Below are positions 1 to 10,160 of a stretch of DNA of 42,847 nt, one piece after another. Numbering within the stretch: position 1 is the stretch's first letter; every line of letters begins with the position of its first letter. This DNA comes from a virus: the IMG/VR virus record IMGVR_UViG_3300021400_000071, positions 1 through 42,847 of that record, one strand, 5' to 3'. A program made the position numbers and the translations under genes. Under the pieces are notes generated by a model. It did not search any database, had not been told where the DNA came from, and saw only the letters and a list, made by a program, of their open reading frames with translations.

Positions 1-107
1 CCAGCCACAGCAGGGAACCGAGCAGCCTGCACAGCAGGAACCGCAGAAGACCCTGAAGGACGCACTCAAGGAAAACTCCGAGTGGAACCGGGAAATGCAG
101 AACATGG
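1..107. repeat. Terminal overlap, copy 1 (identical to 42741..42847)
   Basis: Read base by base: ccagccacagcagggaaccg...gaaatgcagaacatgg occurs at both ends. Confidence 0.95.
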
Positions 108-766
108 TACGGGACAGGGTGAAGAACACCAACACCCGGCTCGACAAGGCGATGCAGATCCTGGAGCTTGTCGGAAGGGATTACGGAATCGAGGCGGACA
201 ACCTTGCAGATCTGGATCTGGATTCCCTGCGTGCCAAGGTAGAGGGAGATAAGAGCCGCTATGAAAAGCAGGCCCTTGCTCACGGAACCGATGTGGACAC
301 GGAGATGAGGCTGGAGAAGCTGCAGAGGGAGAACCGCCAGCAGAAGAAGGAGCTGGACGACAGGCAGAGAGAAGCGGAGCTTCAGAACCATTACCGGAAC
401 CTGCAGGCACAGGCACGGGAACTACAGAAGTCTATACCTGGTTTTAATCTGGACAGAGAGCTGGAAAACCGGGAGTTCTATGAGAGAACGCTGCCGGGAG
501 GCAGGGACACTGTAGAATCCGCCTACTATGCCATTCACGGCAAGGAGATTGCCGCGATGCGGGCACAGCAGGCAGCCAACGCAGCAGCCAGAGGCACAAG
601 CCAGGCTATGGCCAACAGCATCAAGGCCGGGCGGCAGCTGCCGCAGGAGAACGGTACGGTACAGAGGGCTCCGGGGAACATCCAGAGTAAGCGGTACAGC
701 GAGATGACCCCGGCTGAACGCAAGGAATGGGAACGCCAGGCGAGAGCCGGTAAGCGTTTCGGCTGA
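2..766 (+). CDS. Scaffolding protein, C-terminal part (same gene as 42463..42847; whole gene 347 aa)
   Basis: Frame open from nt 2. Charged, Q/E/R-rich helical sequence directly upstream of the capsid gene. Confidence 0.7.
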   Translation, partial: QPQQGTEQPAQQEPQKTLKDALKENSEWNREMQNMVRDRVKNTNTRLDKAMQILELVGRDYGIEADNLADLDLDSLRAKVEGDKSRYEKQALAHGTDVDTEMRLEKLQRENRQQKKELDDRQREAELQNHYRNLQAQARELQKSIPGFNLDRELENREFYERTLPGGRDTVESAYYAIHGKEIAAMRAQQAANAAARGTSQAMANSIKAGRQLPQENGTVQRAPGNIQSKRYSEMTPAERKEWERQARAGKRFG

Positions 767-833
767 TACCGAAAACGGACAGGACGCGATGAAGATCCTG
801 CCCCTCACCCTTATCAGTTAAAGGAGATTTGAT

Positions 834-1967
834 ATGAAAGACCTCTATACCCGCATCATTGCCTTTCTGCAGTTCTTTGCAGATGCAGGCACCATGACCA
901 ACGTCGGCTATGCGACCGACGCCAACAACCATGCAGCTTACCAGGTGAACTCCTACACCGGCGCTGTAGAACTCTACAACACCGGATTTGAATTCGCCCC
1001 GGAGCTGAAGGACTATTACGACACACAGATGCTGGAGAATTACCGGATCAAGCAGCGCTACGTCCAGCTGGCAAAGAGAGTATACCTGCCCGCAGGCCAC
1101 GGCACGACCATGGAATTCCGCAAATGGAACACCTTCGCCCGTGCAGGCAAGCTGCAGGAAGGTGTAATCCCCACCGGCCAGAAGTGGGGCGCAACGGCCA
1201 AGACCGCGTCCATCGACCAGTACGGCACCTATGTGACGCTGTCCGACAAGCTCAAACGCCACACCTACGACGACGCGACCAAAGGCGCCTACGAAGAAAT
1301 GGGCGAAAGTGCAGCCCAGACGGAAGAGATCCTGTGCCGTGATGCACTGGCGATCAACACCAACGTCCTGTACTGCGACAACGTGGATGCCACCGGCGCT
1401 GTGAAGAGCACCCCGACAACCCCGGCCACCGTCGCCTGGAATGCCACCGACGGATACAGCAAGCTGACCCCGACCATGGTCAACAAGGCCAAGACCAAGA
1501 TGGTCAAAGACAAGGTGAAGCCCTATGCCGACGGCAAATTTGTTGCTGTCATCCATCCGTCCGTCGCATTCGACCTCCGCGAGGATCCGCACTGGATCGA
1601 CGCACACAAGTACATGGCTGCCACCGAGATCTTCAACGGTGAGATCGGCGAGCTCCATGGCGTGCGCTTCATCGAGGACGTGGAAGCCCCCATTATCAAG
1701 GGAGCAACCGCAGCTGAGCAAAACAAGGAAGGCGGCGCACTGTATTACACCTACTTCTTCGGCAAGGAGCCGTTTGTCTCCGTCGATGCCGAGGGCGGGG
1801 CTCTGCAGATGATCGTCCATGACCAGAACGAGATCGGCGGCCCGCTGAACCAGTTCAGCACCATCGGCTACAAACTGGACACCAACGGCGCAACCGTGCT
1901 CTACACCGAGCGTGTGCTGCGTGTTGTGAGCGCAAGCTCCTTCCAGGGCACTGACGTCGCCAACTGA
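834..1967 (+). CDS. Major capsid protein
   Basis: 377 aa, directly after the scaffold. RBS AAAGGAG. N-terminal propeptide-like MKDLYTRIIAFLQFFADAG. Followed by a hairpin. Confidence 0.8.
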   Translation: MKDLYTRIIAFLQFFADAGTMTNVGYATDANNHAAYQVNSYTGAVELYNTGFEFAPELKDYYDTQMLENYRIKQRYVQLAKRVYLPAGHGTTMEFRKWNTFARAGKLQEGVIPTGQKWGATAKTASIDQYGTYVTLSDKLKRHTYDDATKGAYEEMGESAAQTEEILCRDALAINTNVLYCDNVDATGAVKSTPTTPATVAWNATDGYSKLTPTMVNKAKTKMVKDKVKPYADGKFVAVIHPSVAFDLREDPHWIDAHKYMAATEIFNGEIGELHGVRFIEDVEAPIIKGATAAEQNKEGGALYYTYFFGKEPFVSVDAEGGALQMIVHDQNEIGGPLNQFSTIGYKLDTNGATVLYTERVLRVVSASSFQGTDVAN

Positions 1968-1984
1968 TTGACCTCCTGATTTTG

Positions 1985-2021
1985 CCGGGGAGGCTTTTCT
2001 CCACAATTTCTACCTCCCCGG
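1985..2021 (+). terminator. Stem-loop after the capsid gene (possible partial terminator or attenuator)
   Basis: CCGGGGAGG (1985-1993) pairs with CCTCCCCGG (2013-2021). The loop is long and the T-run is weak. Confidence 0.35.
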
Positions 2022-2045
2022 CCTTTTAAAGAAAGGCAGAAGATT

Positions 2046-2282
2046 ATGGCAAAGACTATGACCAAAACCGATAACATGGTGAAGATCCGGGCCCCGCTGG
2101 CGAGAACCAACGAGCAGGATCTGATCATCGGCGTGAACGGAGTGAACTACTCCATCCCCCAGGACGGCAAGGAGCATGAGGTGCCGGACTTCGTGGCATT
2201 TGAATTCAACCGTGCCGAAGAGGCGCGGATGAAATTCTATGAGAAGCAGGCCGAGCTCCATGAGACGTCCATGTTCGCATAA
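2046..2282 (+). CDS. Small head-module protein, unknown function
   Basis: 78 aa ORF with an RBS, lying between two hairpins downstream of the capsid gene. Confidence 0.55.
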   Translation: MAKTMTKTDNMVKIRAPLARTNEQDLIIGVNGVNYSIPQDGKEHEVPDFVAFEFNRAEEARMKFYEKQAELHETSMFA

Positions 2283-2294
2283 GAAAAGACCCTG

Positions 2295-2323
2295 AAAGGC
2301 GGCCATGAGCGGCCGCCTTTTTT
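2295..2323 (+). terminator. Rho-independent terminator
   Basis: AAAGGCGGCC / GGCCGCCTTT stem, 6-nt loop, T6 run. Confidence 0.7.
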
Positions 2324-2337
2324 GAAGGAGAAAAACC

Positions 2338-2871
2338 ATGACAGCAGGAGACATTATCTCAAAAGTGGATATGCTGGAACCGAACCAGTACGACACGACG
2401 CAGAAGCTGGAATGGCTGAGCACGCTGGACGGGAAGATCATCAATGAGGTGCTGCTGACCCACATGCCGCTGCCGGGAGAATTCCCGCAGCTGCACTGGC
2501 CGGATCCCTTTGACAGAGACTGGCGAAGATGGGCCGTAGATCCGCCTCCACCGCCTCCTCCGCTTTACCCTATCCCAATGCCTCAGCCGACGGAAGACGG
2601 CGAGGAGGGCGAGGCTGACGATGATACGGAGAAACCGGAGCCGAAGCCGCCGTACACCAGCCCGAATGACGAGCTGATCATTCAGGATCCTTACGGATCG
2701 GAGGTATATCAGCACTGGCTTCAGGCCAAGATCGCGTCCGAGAATTCGGAGATCGTGAAGTACAACCAGCAGAACACGCTGTTTACGGCAGCGTACAAGG
2801 AATGGACGGACTACTACAACCGCACCCACATGCCGATAGGGCCGATGGGCGGGAACCGATTCAGATATTGA
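2338..2871 (+). CDS. Virion protein, possibly a head-tail adaptor, with an internal Pro-rich/acidic insert
   Basis: 177 aa, RBS GGAGAAAAACC. Call rests on position after the capsid gene. Contains PPPPPPPLYPIPMPQPTEDGEEGEADDD. Confidence 0.4.
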   Translation: MTAGDIISKVDMLEPNQYDTTQKLEWLSTLDGKIINEVLLTHMPLPGEFPQLHWPDPFDRDWRRWAVDPPPPPPPLYPIPMPQPTEDGEEGEADDDTEKPEPKPPYTSPNDELIIQDPYGSEVYQHWLQAKIASENSEIVKYNQQNTLFTAAYKEWTDYYNRTHMPIGPMGGNRFRY

Positions 2872-2883
2872 CGAGGTGAGGAT

Positions 2884-4971
2884 ATGCCGAATCTCCCATA
2901 CCTACAAGAGAATACCACCTACCGGGAGCTGACGGATGTTTTTGCCGGTTACAACCACAATGCCAAAATCGCTGACGGGGAATTCTACGACTCACGGAAC
3001 CTGACCACCCTGTACTACCCGCTGATGGCCAACCGGAAGAAACGCGGCGTGGTGAAGAATCTCTATTCGCCGGGCGGCATCATGGACAAGGTGTATCTGG
3101 CCTACGTGGATGAGGGCACGCTGTACCTCAACGGACAGCCCACCACCCTGAAGGGCCTTGCACCGGGCGAGAAGCAGCTGGTGCCTTTTGGGGCTTACAT
3201 CTGCGTCTTCCCGGACGGGAAATACTACAACACTGCTGACAGCCTGGACTACGGCAGCATGGAGAGCACATTCAACGCTGCTGTGCTGGATAAGGATGCA
3301 CAGGGCTACAGCTTCCTGCTCTATAAGCCTGGCAGCGTGGCAGCCGGAGGCTTCCTGGACGGATGGCATTACTTTGAGACTCCGGAGGACACGGATGATA
3401 CATACTATGCCTATGTCTACTTCACACCGGAAGAGGGCGCAGGCATCGAGGCCGTGAAGACCGAGATGGCAAAGTTTAATGTGGGCGATCCAATCATGCT
3501 GCCTGCAGGACAAACGGACTTTGAGCATATCCATTACCCGAATGCGGATCCGGAAGCATTTCCTTATTCCTGGTTTCAAAAGAATGCCTGCACGATTCTG
3601 GAAAAGTACACCATGGACGAGAATAATCCGGAGGATTACATCGTCAACATGCAGAATACAGATCCGAAGACTGGGAAGGGAACGAAGACCGGAAAGTATA
3701 ACCCCATCAGCCGGATCTACACCGTGAACTATGATGCTGACGGGGAGACCAGCGAGTTTGTGCTGCCGGAGAAAGCGGATTTCATCAAGGCAGTTTACGG
3801 CACAGGGGATATCTCCGTGCCGACATGGAGCTACATCCAGGGCACCGGAAAGGTGATCTTCACATCCGCACCGACGGCAGGGAAGAACAACATCACCATC
3901 GCCTTCAGCTACACAGGGCTGGAGCTCAGCACAACGGCAGGTGCATTCCTGGTATCCGTACCGAAGAAGACGGTGGGCGAGGACAACACGAAGACCACCA
4001 TGGGCACTATGCGGCTGCCGGAGATGGACTTTGTGGTAGAGTGCAAGAACCGCCTCTGGGGCTGCAAATACGGCGTGGTGAACGGAGAGAACATCAACGA
4101 GATCTATGCCAGCGCCCTGGGTGACTTCAAAAACTGGAAGCGGTTTGAGGGCATCAGCACGGATCCGTATGCGGCATCCGTCGGATCTGACGGGCCGTGG
4201 ACGGGAGCGATCAACTATCTGGGATATCCCACCTTCTTCAAAGAGGACAGGATCCACCGCGTGGCTGTATCTGCCATCGGGGCCCATGAGATCACGGAGA
4301 TCGTGTGTGACGGTGTGCAGCCTGGATCCCACAAGAGTCTGGGCGTGGTCAATGGTATGCTCTACTACAAGAGCAATGCCAATGTGGTGATTTACCAGGG
4401 CGGCATCGCACCGACGGCCATATCCGCACCGCTGGGCGACGTGCACTACTATGACGCTGTGGCTGGCGTGATCGGAGACGATTACTACATCTCTATGCGG
4501 AATGCTGCAGGAGAGTGGAACCTCTTCTGCTATGACAGCAAGCGGAACCTCTGGATGCGTGAGGATGACCTGCACGTGATCCAGTTTGCGACCGTATCCG
4601 AGGAGCTGTACGCACTGACCTCTGACAATCTGATCATCGCGCTGAGAGGCACTGCCGGGCTGCTGGAGGATCACGTGGACTGGTACGGCGAGAGCGGGAT
4701 CATGTACTACCAGTATCCGGACAAGAAGTATGTGAGCCGCTTCAACTTCCGCCTGCAGATGGAAAAGGGAGCGAGGATCCGTGTCTGCATCGACTATGAC
4801 AGCAGTGGAAGATGGGAGAAGCAGGGAGAGATTATATCCGACAGCCTACGCACCGTGACGCTGCCGATCAGGCCGAGGCGCTGCGACCACCTGAGAATCC
4901 GGGTGGAGGGCCGAGGCGACTGCAAGATCTTTTCCATCGCAAGAATCCTGGAGATCGGGAGTGATTACTGA
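2884..4971 (+). CDS. Large virion protein, possibly a tail nozzle or tubular protein
   Basis: 695 aa. The C-terminal half shows beta-propeller-like repeated strands. Call rests on position and size only. Confidence 0.35.
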   Translation: MPNLPYLQENTTYRELTDVFAGYNHNAKIADGEFYDSRNLTTLYYPLMANRKKRGVVKNLYSPGGIMDKVYLAYVDEGTLYLNGQPTTLKGLAPGEKQLVPFGAYICVFPDGKYYNTADSLDYGSMESTFNAAVLDKDAQGYSFLLYKPGSVAAGGFLDGWHYFETPEDTDDTYYAYVYFTPEEGAGIEAVKTEMAKFNVGDPIMLPAGQTDFEHIHYPNADPEAFPYSWFQKNACTILEKYTMDENNPEDYIVNMQNTDPKTGKGTKTGKYNPISRIYTVNYDADGETSEFVLPEKADFIKAVYGTGDISVPTWSYIQGTGKVIFTSAPTAGKNNITIAFSYTGLELSTTAGAFLVSVPKKTVGEDNTKTTMGTMRLPEMDFVVECKNRLWGCKYGVVNGENINEIYASALGDFKNWKRFEGISTDPYAASVGSDGPWTGAINYLGYPTFFKEDRIHRVAVSAIGAHEITEIVCDGVQPGSHKSLGVVNGMLYYKSNANVVIYQGGIAPTAISAPLGDVHYYDAVAGVIGDDYYISMRNAAGEWNLFCYDSKRNLWMREDDLHVIQFATVSEELYALTSDNLIIALRGTAGLLEDHVDWYGESGIMYYQYPDKKYVSRFNFRLQMEKGARIRVCIDYDSSGRWEKQGEIISDSLRTVTLPIRPRRCDHLRIRVEGRGDCKIFSIARILEIGSDY

Positions 4972-6542
4972 TGCCGAGAGGAGCTATACCTGAATATCCG
5001 CCGATTCTGAGAGGAACCGTAGAGGAGCAGATGATTCAGCTGCGGGAGTACATCATCCGGAATATAGAGGCGATGCAGCGAGATCTGACGGCCTCCGGCG
5101 GATCCATATACGTGGATAACGGCGTGGCCTATGTCAATATAAACGGCAGCACGATGACGCTGCAGGAGTTTATCCAGAACTACGTTAATTCTGACGGGAA
5201 CACGATCAATATCACCGTTAATGCGAATATCGAGAACAATCCTGATCTTCAGGATAAGACAATCACCATCACGGCGAACGGCACACAGACCGTGACACCG
5301 GATGAAGGCAAGGACGGCCTTTCATCCGTGGAGATCACGGTGAATGTACCGCAGGGTATAACACCATCCGGTACCATAAACATCACAAACAATGGCACCC
5401 ATGACGTTACGGACTATGCCAATGCTTCTGTAAATGTCCAGCCGGATCTTCAGACAAAGAGTATAACAATAGCTGAAAATGGCACGCAGACCGTTATGCC
5501 GGACACAGGCAAGGACGGTTTGACATCCGTGGAAATAACAGTCAGCGTGCCAAGCTCCGCACCGAACCTGCAGAGCAAAAACGCAACACCTTCCGGGACT
5601 GCACAGACAATTGAACCGGATACAGGATATGACGGGCTATCATCTGTGATTATAGCGGCAGCGCCGCTGGAGACAAGGATCATTACTCCGTCGGCTTCAC
5701 AGCAGATCATAACACCGAGCTCCGGCCAGTACGGCATGAGCCAGGTGACGGTGGCAGGCGATGCAGATCTGATTGCGGGGAACATCAAGAAGGACATCGT
5801 GATCTTCGGCGTGACCGGCATCTACGAAGGAAGCGGCGGCTCGGTGAATGGTTCCCTTATAGAAATTACATGCTCCAGTAACATCGATGCGGTAACGGCG
5901 ACCGTCAACGGAAACACCTACAACGCCTATGTGGACACATCGTCACATAAAGCCTATGTGACAATCCCTCGCACGGACACGATCACAGCGCAGACGTGCG
6001 TGCTGAAAGGGTATAACAGCGGCAGTGAGGTTACTTCTGCAAACCTTACTATGTCAATAGGCATCGGGTATTATACCGCATCTCTCTCTACATCTGCCCT
6101 TGTATATAACAATGGCGTTTGGACGGGCGTTGATACGCATTCGTGGCAAGATTTGGGTGGGACTCCGGCAACCATGACGGAACAGCCTACCAATTTGCTG
6201 TTTACTGTAACGGAACACGGATCGCAAGCCTATGACCATGGTCAGGGCGGAATTGCATTAACTCCGGCAATAAGCATGCGCGGCTATACAGCCATCGAAA
6301 TAACAGTGTCTCTTCTTGGCGGAATTGATGGCCCTTGGTTTTGCGCAGATGACACAGCTCCATCATACATGAGGCCGGACAATATTCGAACCCATGGGAT
6401 TAAGCTTTCCGATTGGACAAGTGTATTCCAAATCCCGTCAGAGGATCAGGGAAAGATGCTGTATTTGTATTTCGGCGGATATGCCGAGTATGGAGCTGGC
6501 GCTGTAAATTGCGCCGCTATAACAAGAATTCGATTCGTATAA
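4971..6542 (+). CDS. Tail fibre protein with four tandem Ig-like repeats
   Basis: 523 aa. Repeats of the form (N/Q)PDLQxKxITIxxNGTQTVxPDxGKDGLxSVEITVxVP. Confidence 0.7.
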   Translation: MPRGAIPEYPPILRGTVEEQMIQLREYIIRNIEAMQRDLTASGGSIYVDNGVAYVNINGSTMTLQEFIQNYVNSDGNTINITVNANIENNPDLQDKTITITANGTQTVTPDEGKDGLSSVEITVNVPQGITPSGTINITNNGTHDVTDYANASVNVQPDLQTKSITIAENGTQTVMPDTGKDGLTSVEITVSVPSSAPNLQSKNATPSGTAQTIEPDTGYDGLSSVIIAAAPLETRIITPSASQQIITPSSGQYGMSQVTVAGDADLIAGNIKKDIVIFGVTGIYEGSGGSVNGSLIEITCSSNIDAVTATVNGNTYNAYVDTSSHKAYVTIPRTDTITAQTCVLKGYNSGSEVTSANLTMSIGIGYYTASLSTSALVYNNGVWTGVDTHSWQDLGGTPATMTEQPTNLLFTVTEHGSQAYDHGQGGIALTPAISMRGYTAIEITVSLLGGIDGPWFCADDTAPSYMRPDNIRTHGIKLSDWTSVFQIPSEDQGKMLYLYFGGYAEYGAGAVNCAAITRIRFV

Positions 6543-6554
6543 TAGGAGACCGAC

Positions 6555-8099
6555 ATGATCAAACTAATCGTAAACAACCAGGAGCTGTCCATCGTCACGC
6601 AGAAGGTCGTGTCCGGCACGCACGACTATCTGACGGTCGAGGCGGATTTCAAGGGCAGCACCTGGGACGGCCTGCGGAAGTGGGTGCACTTCTCGATGGG
6701 CGAATTCAACTACATAATGCCGATGCTGGACGATGCCATTGCGGAAGACCAGCATCTCGATCTCACGGAGGGCACGTGGGAAGTATATGTGCACGGCAAC
6801 CTCGTTGAGGACGATGAGGTGACGGAGCGGATCACGACGGACATTAAATATCTGTACGTGGATGCGCCCCATGACGGGCATCCCTTTCCCCCTCTGACAC
6901 CGGACTATGAGGAGATGCTTGCCAACCAGGTGGCTGAGGCGAAGGAGATCTCTGCGCAGCTGCGGAAGGACGCTGAGGCTGGCCTGTTTGCCGATGGTGC
7001 TACCTTCTACCCTGACGTGGACGAGGACGGCATCATCTCCTGGACAAACGACAAGGGCCGGGAGAATCCTGAACCGAAAAATATCCGGGGCCCGCAGGGG
7101 CTGACCGGCGAGAGCGGTGTGTACATCGGCACGGAAGAGCCGTCGGATCCTGACATCGTGGTATGGATCGATCCAAATGCTGACAGCGGGACTGTGGTAT
7201 CCGGCATCTACTTCGGAGAAGACGAGCCGGAGAGTGACACCGTGACGGTATGGATAAAGCCAAATGCTTCGGTCGGCAAGATGATTGCGAGCCAGAGCAA
7301 GAGCGGCACCGGAGCTCCGGGCACCAGAGACACCTATTCCATCACCTTCACGGACGGATCTTCCATGGATATCATCGTCTACAACGGTGCTGACGGCGAA
7401 GGAGCCGGAGACATGGTAAAGGCAACCTACGATCCGACGAACAAGAACCAGGACATCTTTTCCTATGCTGACGGCATTAAAGGAAAGACCGACGTGACCG
7501 GCATTCTGAAGGGGGACGGAACGGATGTGTCAGCTGCCGTACCGGGAACCGACTATGTGGCTCCGGATGATCTGGCAAAAGTGGCAAAATCCGGAAGCTA
7601 TAACGATCTGAAAGATAAGCCTGCCATTCCAACCAACTACACGGTGGACGCTGCTCTCAGCAACACCAGCGAGAACCCTGTGCAGAACAAGGCTGTCAAG
7701 CAGGCAATAGACGGGATCAAAACAAGGCCGAACCCAAAAGCTCTTACCATAAATGTAACAGGCAATCAGCCTGTTGTTTATGACGGAACTGAGGCTAAGA
7801 CACTAAACATCGATACATCCAGCAGCAGCGGCGGCGTAACAGAGCTGATTGTACGGCAGATTGGATTTGCTTTTACGCAGGGAATCATTGCAGGCGGCCA
7901 GAGCTACAAGGAGATTGACGTTTCCTATAGTGGGTATACTCCCATTGCGGTTGCCGGGTTTAGACTTCCTGGATTTCTTGTCGGAGCAAATGGCTGTTAT
8001 ATTAACGGCAACACTTGCTATCTTAACGTGTTCAATTCCGGCACAACAGACGTCGGTGGCAACGGCTGGGTGAACGTGCTTTACAAAAAGAATTCATAA
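6555..8099 (+). CDS. Tail fibre / receptor-binding protein
   Basis: 514 aa. Short collagen-like GPQGLTGESG segment and repeated VWIDPNADSG / VWIKPNASVG motifs. Lower-GC C-terminal tip. Confidence 0.6.
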   Translation: MIKLIVNNQELSIVTQKVVSGTHDYLTVEADFKGSTWDGLRKWVHFSMGEFNYIMPMLDDAIAEDQHLDLTEGTWEVYVHGNLVEDDEVTERITTDIKYLYVDAPHDGHPFPPLTPDYEEMLANQVAEAKEISAQLRKDAEAGLFADGATFYPDVDEDGIISWTNDKGRENPEPKNIRGPQGLTGESGVYIGTEEPSDPDIVVWIDPNADSGTVVSGIYFGEDEPESDTVTVWIKPNASVGKMIASQSKSGTGAPGTRDTYSITFTDGSSMDIIVYNGADGEGAGDMVKATYDPTNKNQDIFSYADGIKGKTDVTGILKGDGTDVSAAVPGTDYVAPDDLAKVAKSGSYNDLKDKPAIPTNYTVDAALSNTSENPVQNKAVKQAIDGIKTRPNPKALTINVTGNQPVVYDGTEAKTLNIDTSSSSGGVTELIVRQIGFAFTQGIIAGGQSYKEIDVSYSGYTPIAVAGFRLPGFLVGANGCYINGNTCYLNVFNSGTTDVGGNGWVNVLYKKNS

Positions 8100-8111
8100 G
8101 GAGGCAGAAAC

Positions 8112-10160
8112 ATGGCGGATTTACTTGGAATTTTAAGAATTAAAGATAGTAACGGAAACTGGGTGAGTGTGCCCGGCCTGAAGGGCGACACCGGCGAACC
8201 GTTTAAGATCCTTGGGATCTTTGCGACAGCTGCCGACTTGGAAGCTGCAGTGACGGATCCCGGCGTGGGAGACGTATATCTTGTAGGCACCACAGGAGCC
8301 TACGACATCTATCTCTATCTGGCAGACGGCTGGCATAACACCGGACGGTATATGCCGAAGGGCGATCAGGGCGATCCGGCACCGCAGAGTGCTATCACTT
8401 CTGCAGTAGAGACATGGCTTGCTGCGAATGTGGATCCGGAGACTGGGTATGTGCTGGATAGGACGCTGAGTCTGGAGACTGCAGCAGCTCCGGCAGATCT
8501 GGTTGGAGTAATGAATAGCAAATTAAGCGATTTTGTTACACAAGAGACAGTAAACGGTGACCTTTGTATACTTGTCCCATATAACGCTTTGTCGGTAGCG
8601 TCTATTGAGTCGGTCGGCGACTCTATAACCAGAATAAAGTCGATTGGCAAGAATCTCTATCCTTACGGAAGAATTCCCCGTTATGAATATAGTTTTTATA
8701 TTTCATCCCTTGCTACCGCAAAATCCAAAGGAATACGATTGCCAAAAGGTTCATACACTCTGACTTTCACATCTTCTGTCGAAGCAAATAGGATAATGTT
8801 TAGAGCGTGGTCAGATGATGGTACTTTGCTCTCAGATGGTTCTGCATCATTTTCAGTATTATATGTTAACGAAACAAATTACCTAACAAGGGATTTTTAT
8901 TGGCAGACATATAGATATACTACTGCACAACGTGCTACTACGAATGTTATTGTTATAACAGTTAAGGACAACCCTGTGTGGTTCTTGTTCTGTGAAGATA
9001 GCGCAGCAGACTATGGCGATATATCAAATGCACAGTTAGAGGTGGGATATAATAATCCTACATCCTATGAAGCGTATTCTGAAACATCCTATGATGCCAC
9101 TGCAAAAAGTGTTTCCGTTGTCCCAAATGGGATGATTGTATTTACTGCATCAGACACAACTGATACCGCTTCTTCCGTTACATTTGGCTTTAAAAAAGAA
9201 ACTGATTTCACAAAGCTCGTTGCCAAACCATTTGATACAACAGAGAGTGGTTATGAGAAAGGCGATTATTGCATTCAAGAAGGAAAACTGTTTGAATGCA
9301 ACACTACACAAGAACAGGGCAGCGTTTTCAATCCCAATAATTGGACTGAAATTTGCGTAATGGACGAGATTTCGGATTTAAATGAAACGCAATCTCAACT
9401 TAAACGCAATACAAAGAATCCGTTCCTAATGCCTTTTATGCAAAACGGAAGACCCAAACTCGTGGCACATACAGGCTATAGCGCAAATGGAGAACCTGAG
9501 AACACAATTCCAGCATATATTGCAGCAGGTGAAGCTGGCTTCTGGGCGATTGAATCCGATGTGCAGAAAACAAGTGATGGGTATTTTGTGATGATGCACG
9601 ACACAACACTTGACAGAACAACAAACGGAACTGGATTGATTTCCGACAAAACTTTGGCTGAAATCAGAGAGTTGCATATCAAAGATCACGATGATTTACA
9701 AGTGCCTACACTGGAAGAATATCTTGCAATTTGCAAAATGTACGGATGTACACCTGTAATAGAAATTAAATCTACAGTCGCGGTGGAAGATTTTCCAAAT
9801 TTAATTGAAGCGGTAAGAAAATTTGGGCTTGAAAATAACTGTATGTTTAGCGGTTCGCCTTATTTAAACGTTGGTAATTTTCAGAGTTTAACTAATGCAC
9901 CATTAGCGCTTATTTATCAGGCTGCTGGTTCTTTGGACATTCCGTCAACTATTAATAATTTAATCGATGTTTACCATGTAAAAAATATTGGGGTTCATGT
10001 AGAAGGCATCACTACCATTTCAAAGGATTTAATTGCTAAACTTCACGAAAATAACATTTTTGCTTTCTGTTTCGTACTTGATACTTATGAAGCTGTTCAG
10101 CAAGCGTTTGAGTATGGTTATGATGCGGTGACAACAAATACTGTGGTTCTGCCGCAGTGA
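8112..10160 (+). CDS. Tail fibre with a C-terminal glycerophosphodiester phosphodiesterase (GDPD) domain
   Basis: 682 aa. N-terminus has GLKGDTGEPF and PKGDQGDP fibre-type segments. C-terminus reads LVAHTGYSANGEPENTIPAYIAAGEAGFWAIESDVQKTSDGYFVMMHDTTLDRTTNGTG, which fits the GDPD His/Glu/Asp/HD pattern. Confidence 0.75.
   Translation: MADLLGILRIKDSNGNWVSVPGLKGDTGEPFKILGIFATAADLEAAVTDPGVGDVYLVGTTGAYDIYLYLADGWHNTGRYMPKGDQGDPAPQSAITSAVETWLAANVDPETGYVLDRTLSLETAAAPADLVGVMNSKLSDFVTQETVNGDLCILVPYNALSVASIESVGDSITRIKSIGKNLYPYGRIPRYEYSFYISSLATAKSKGIRLPKGSYTLTFTSSVEANRIMFRAWSDDGTLLSDGSASFSVLYVNETNYLTRDFYWQTYRYTTAQRATTNVIVITVKDNPVWFLFCEDSAADYGDISNAQLEVGYNNPTSYEAYSETSYDATAKSVSVVPNGMIVFTASDTTDTASSVTFGFKKETDFTKLVAKPFDTTESGYEKGDYCIQEGKLFECNTTQEQGSVFNPNNWTEICVMDEISDLNETQSQLKRNTKNPFLMPFMQNGRPKLVAHTGYSANGEPENTIPAYIAAGEAGFWAIESDVQKTSDGYFVMMHDTTLDRTTNGTGLISDKTLAEIRELHIKDHDDLQVPTLEEYLAICKMYGCTPVIEIKSTVAVEDFPNLIEAVRKFGLENNCMFSGSPYLNVGNFQSLTNAPLALIYQAAGSLDIPSTINNLIDVYHVKNIGVHVEGITTISKDLIAKLHENNIFAFCFVLDTYEAVQQAFEYGYDAVTTNTVVLPQ

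Noticed and set aside
621-2006. 461-aa minus-strand ORF opposite the scaffold and capsid genes. Similar ORFs at 66..416, 2010..2465 and 2992..4674 (560 aa).
   Set aside because: Antisense shadow ORFs typical of GC-rich coding DNA. They have no RBS, low-complexity Arg/Ala/Gly/Val-rich translations, and overlap well-supported + strand genes completely.
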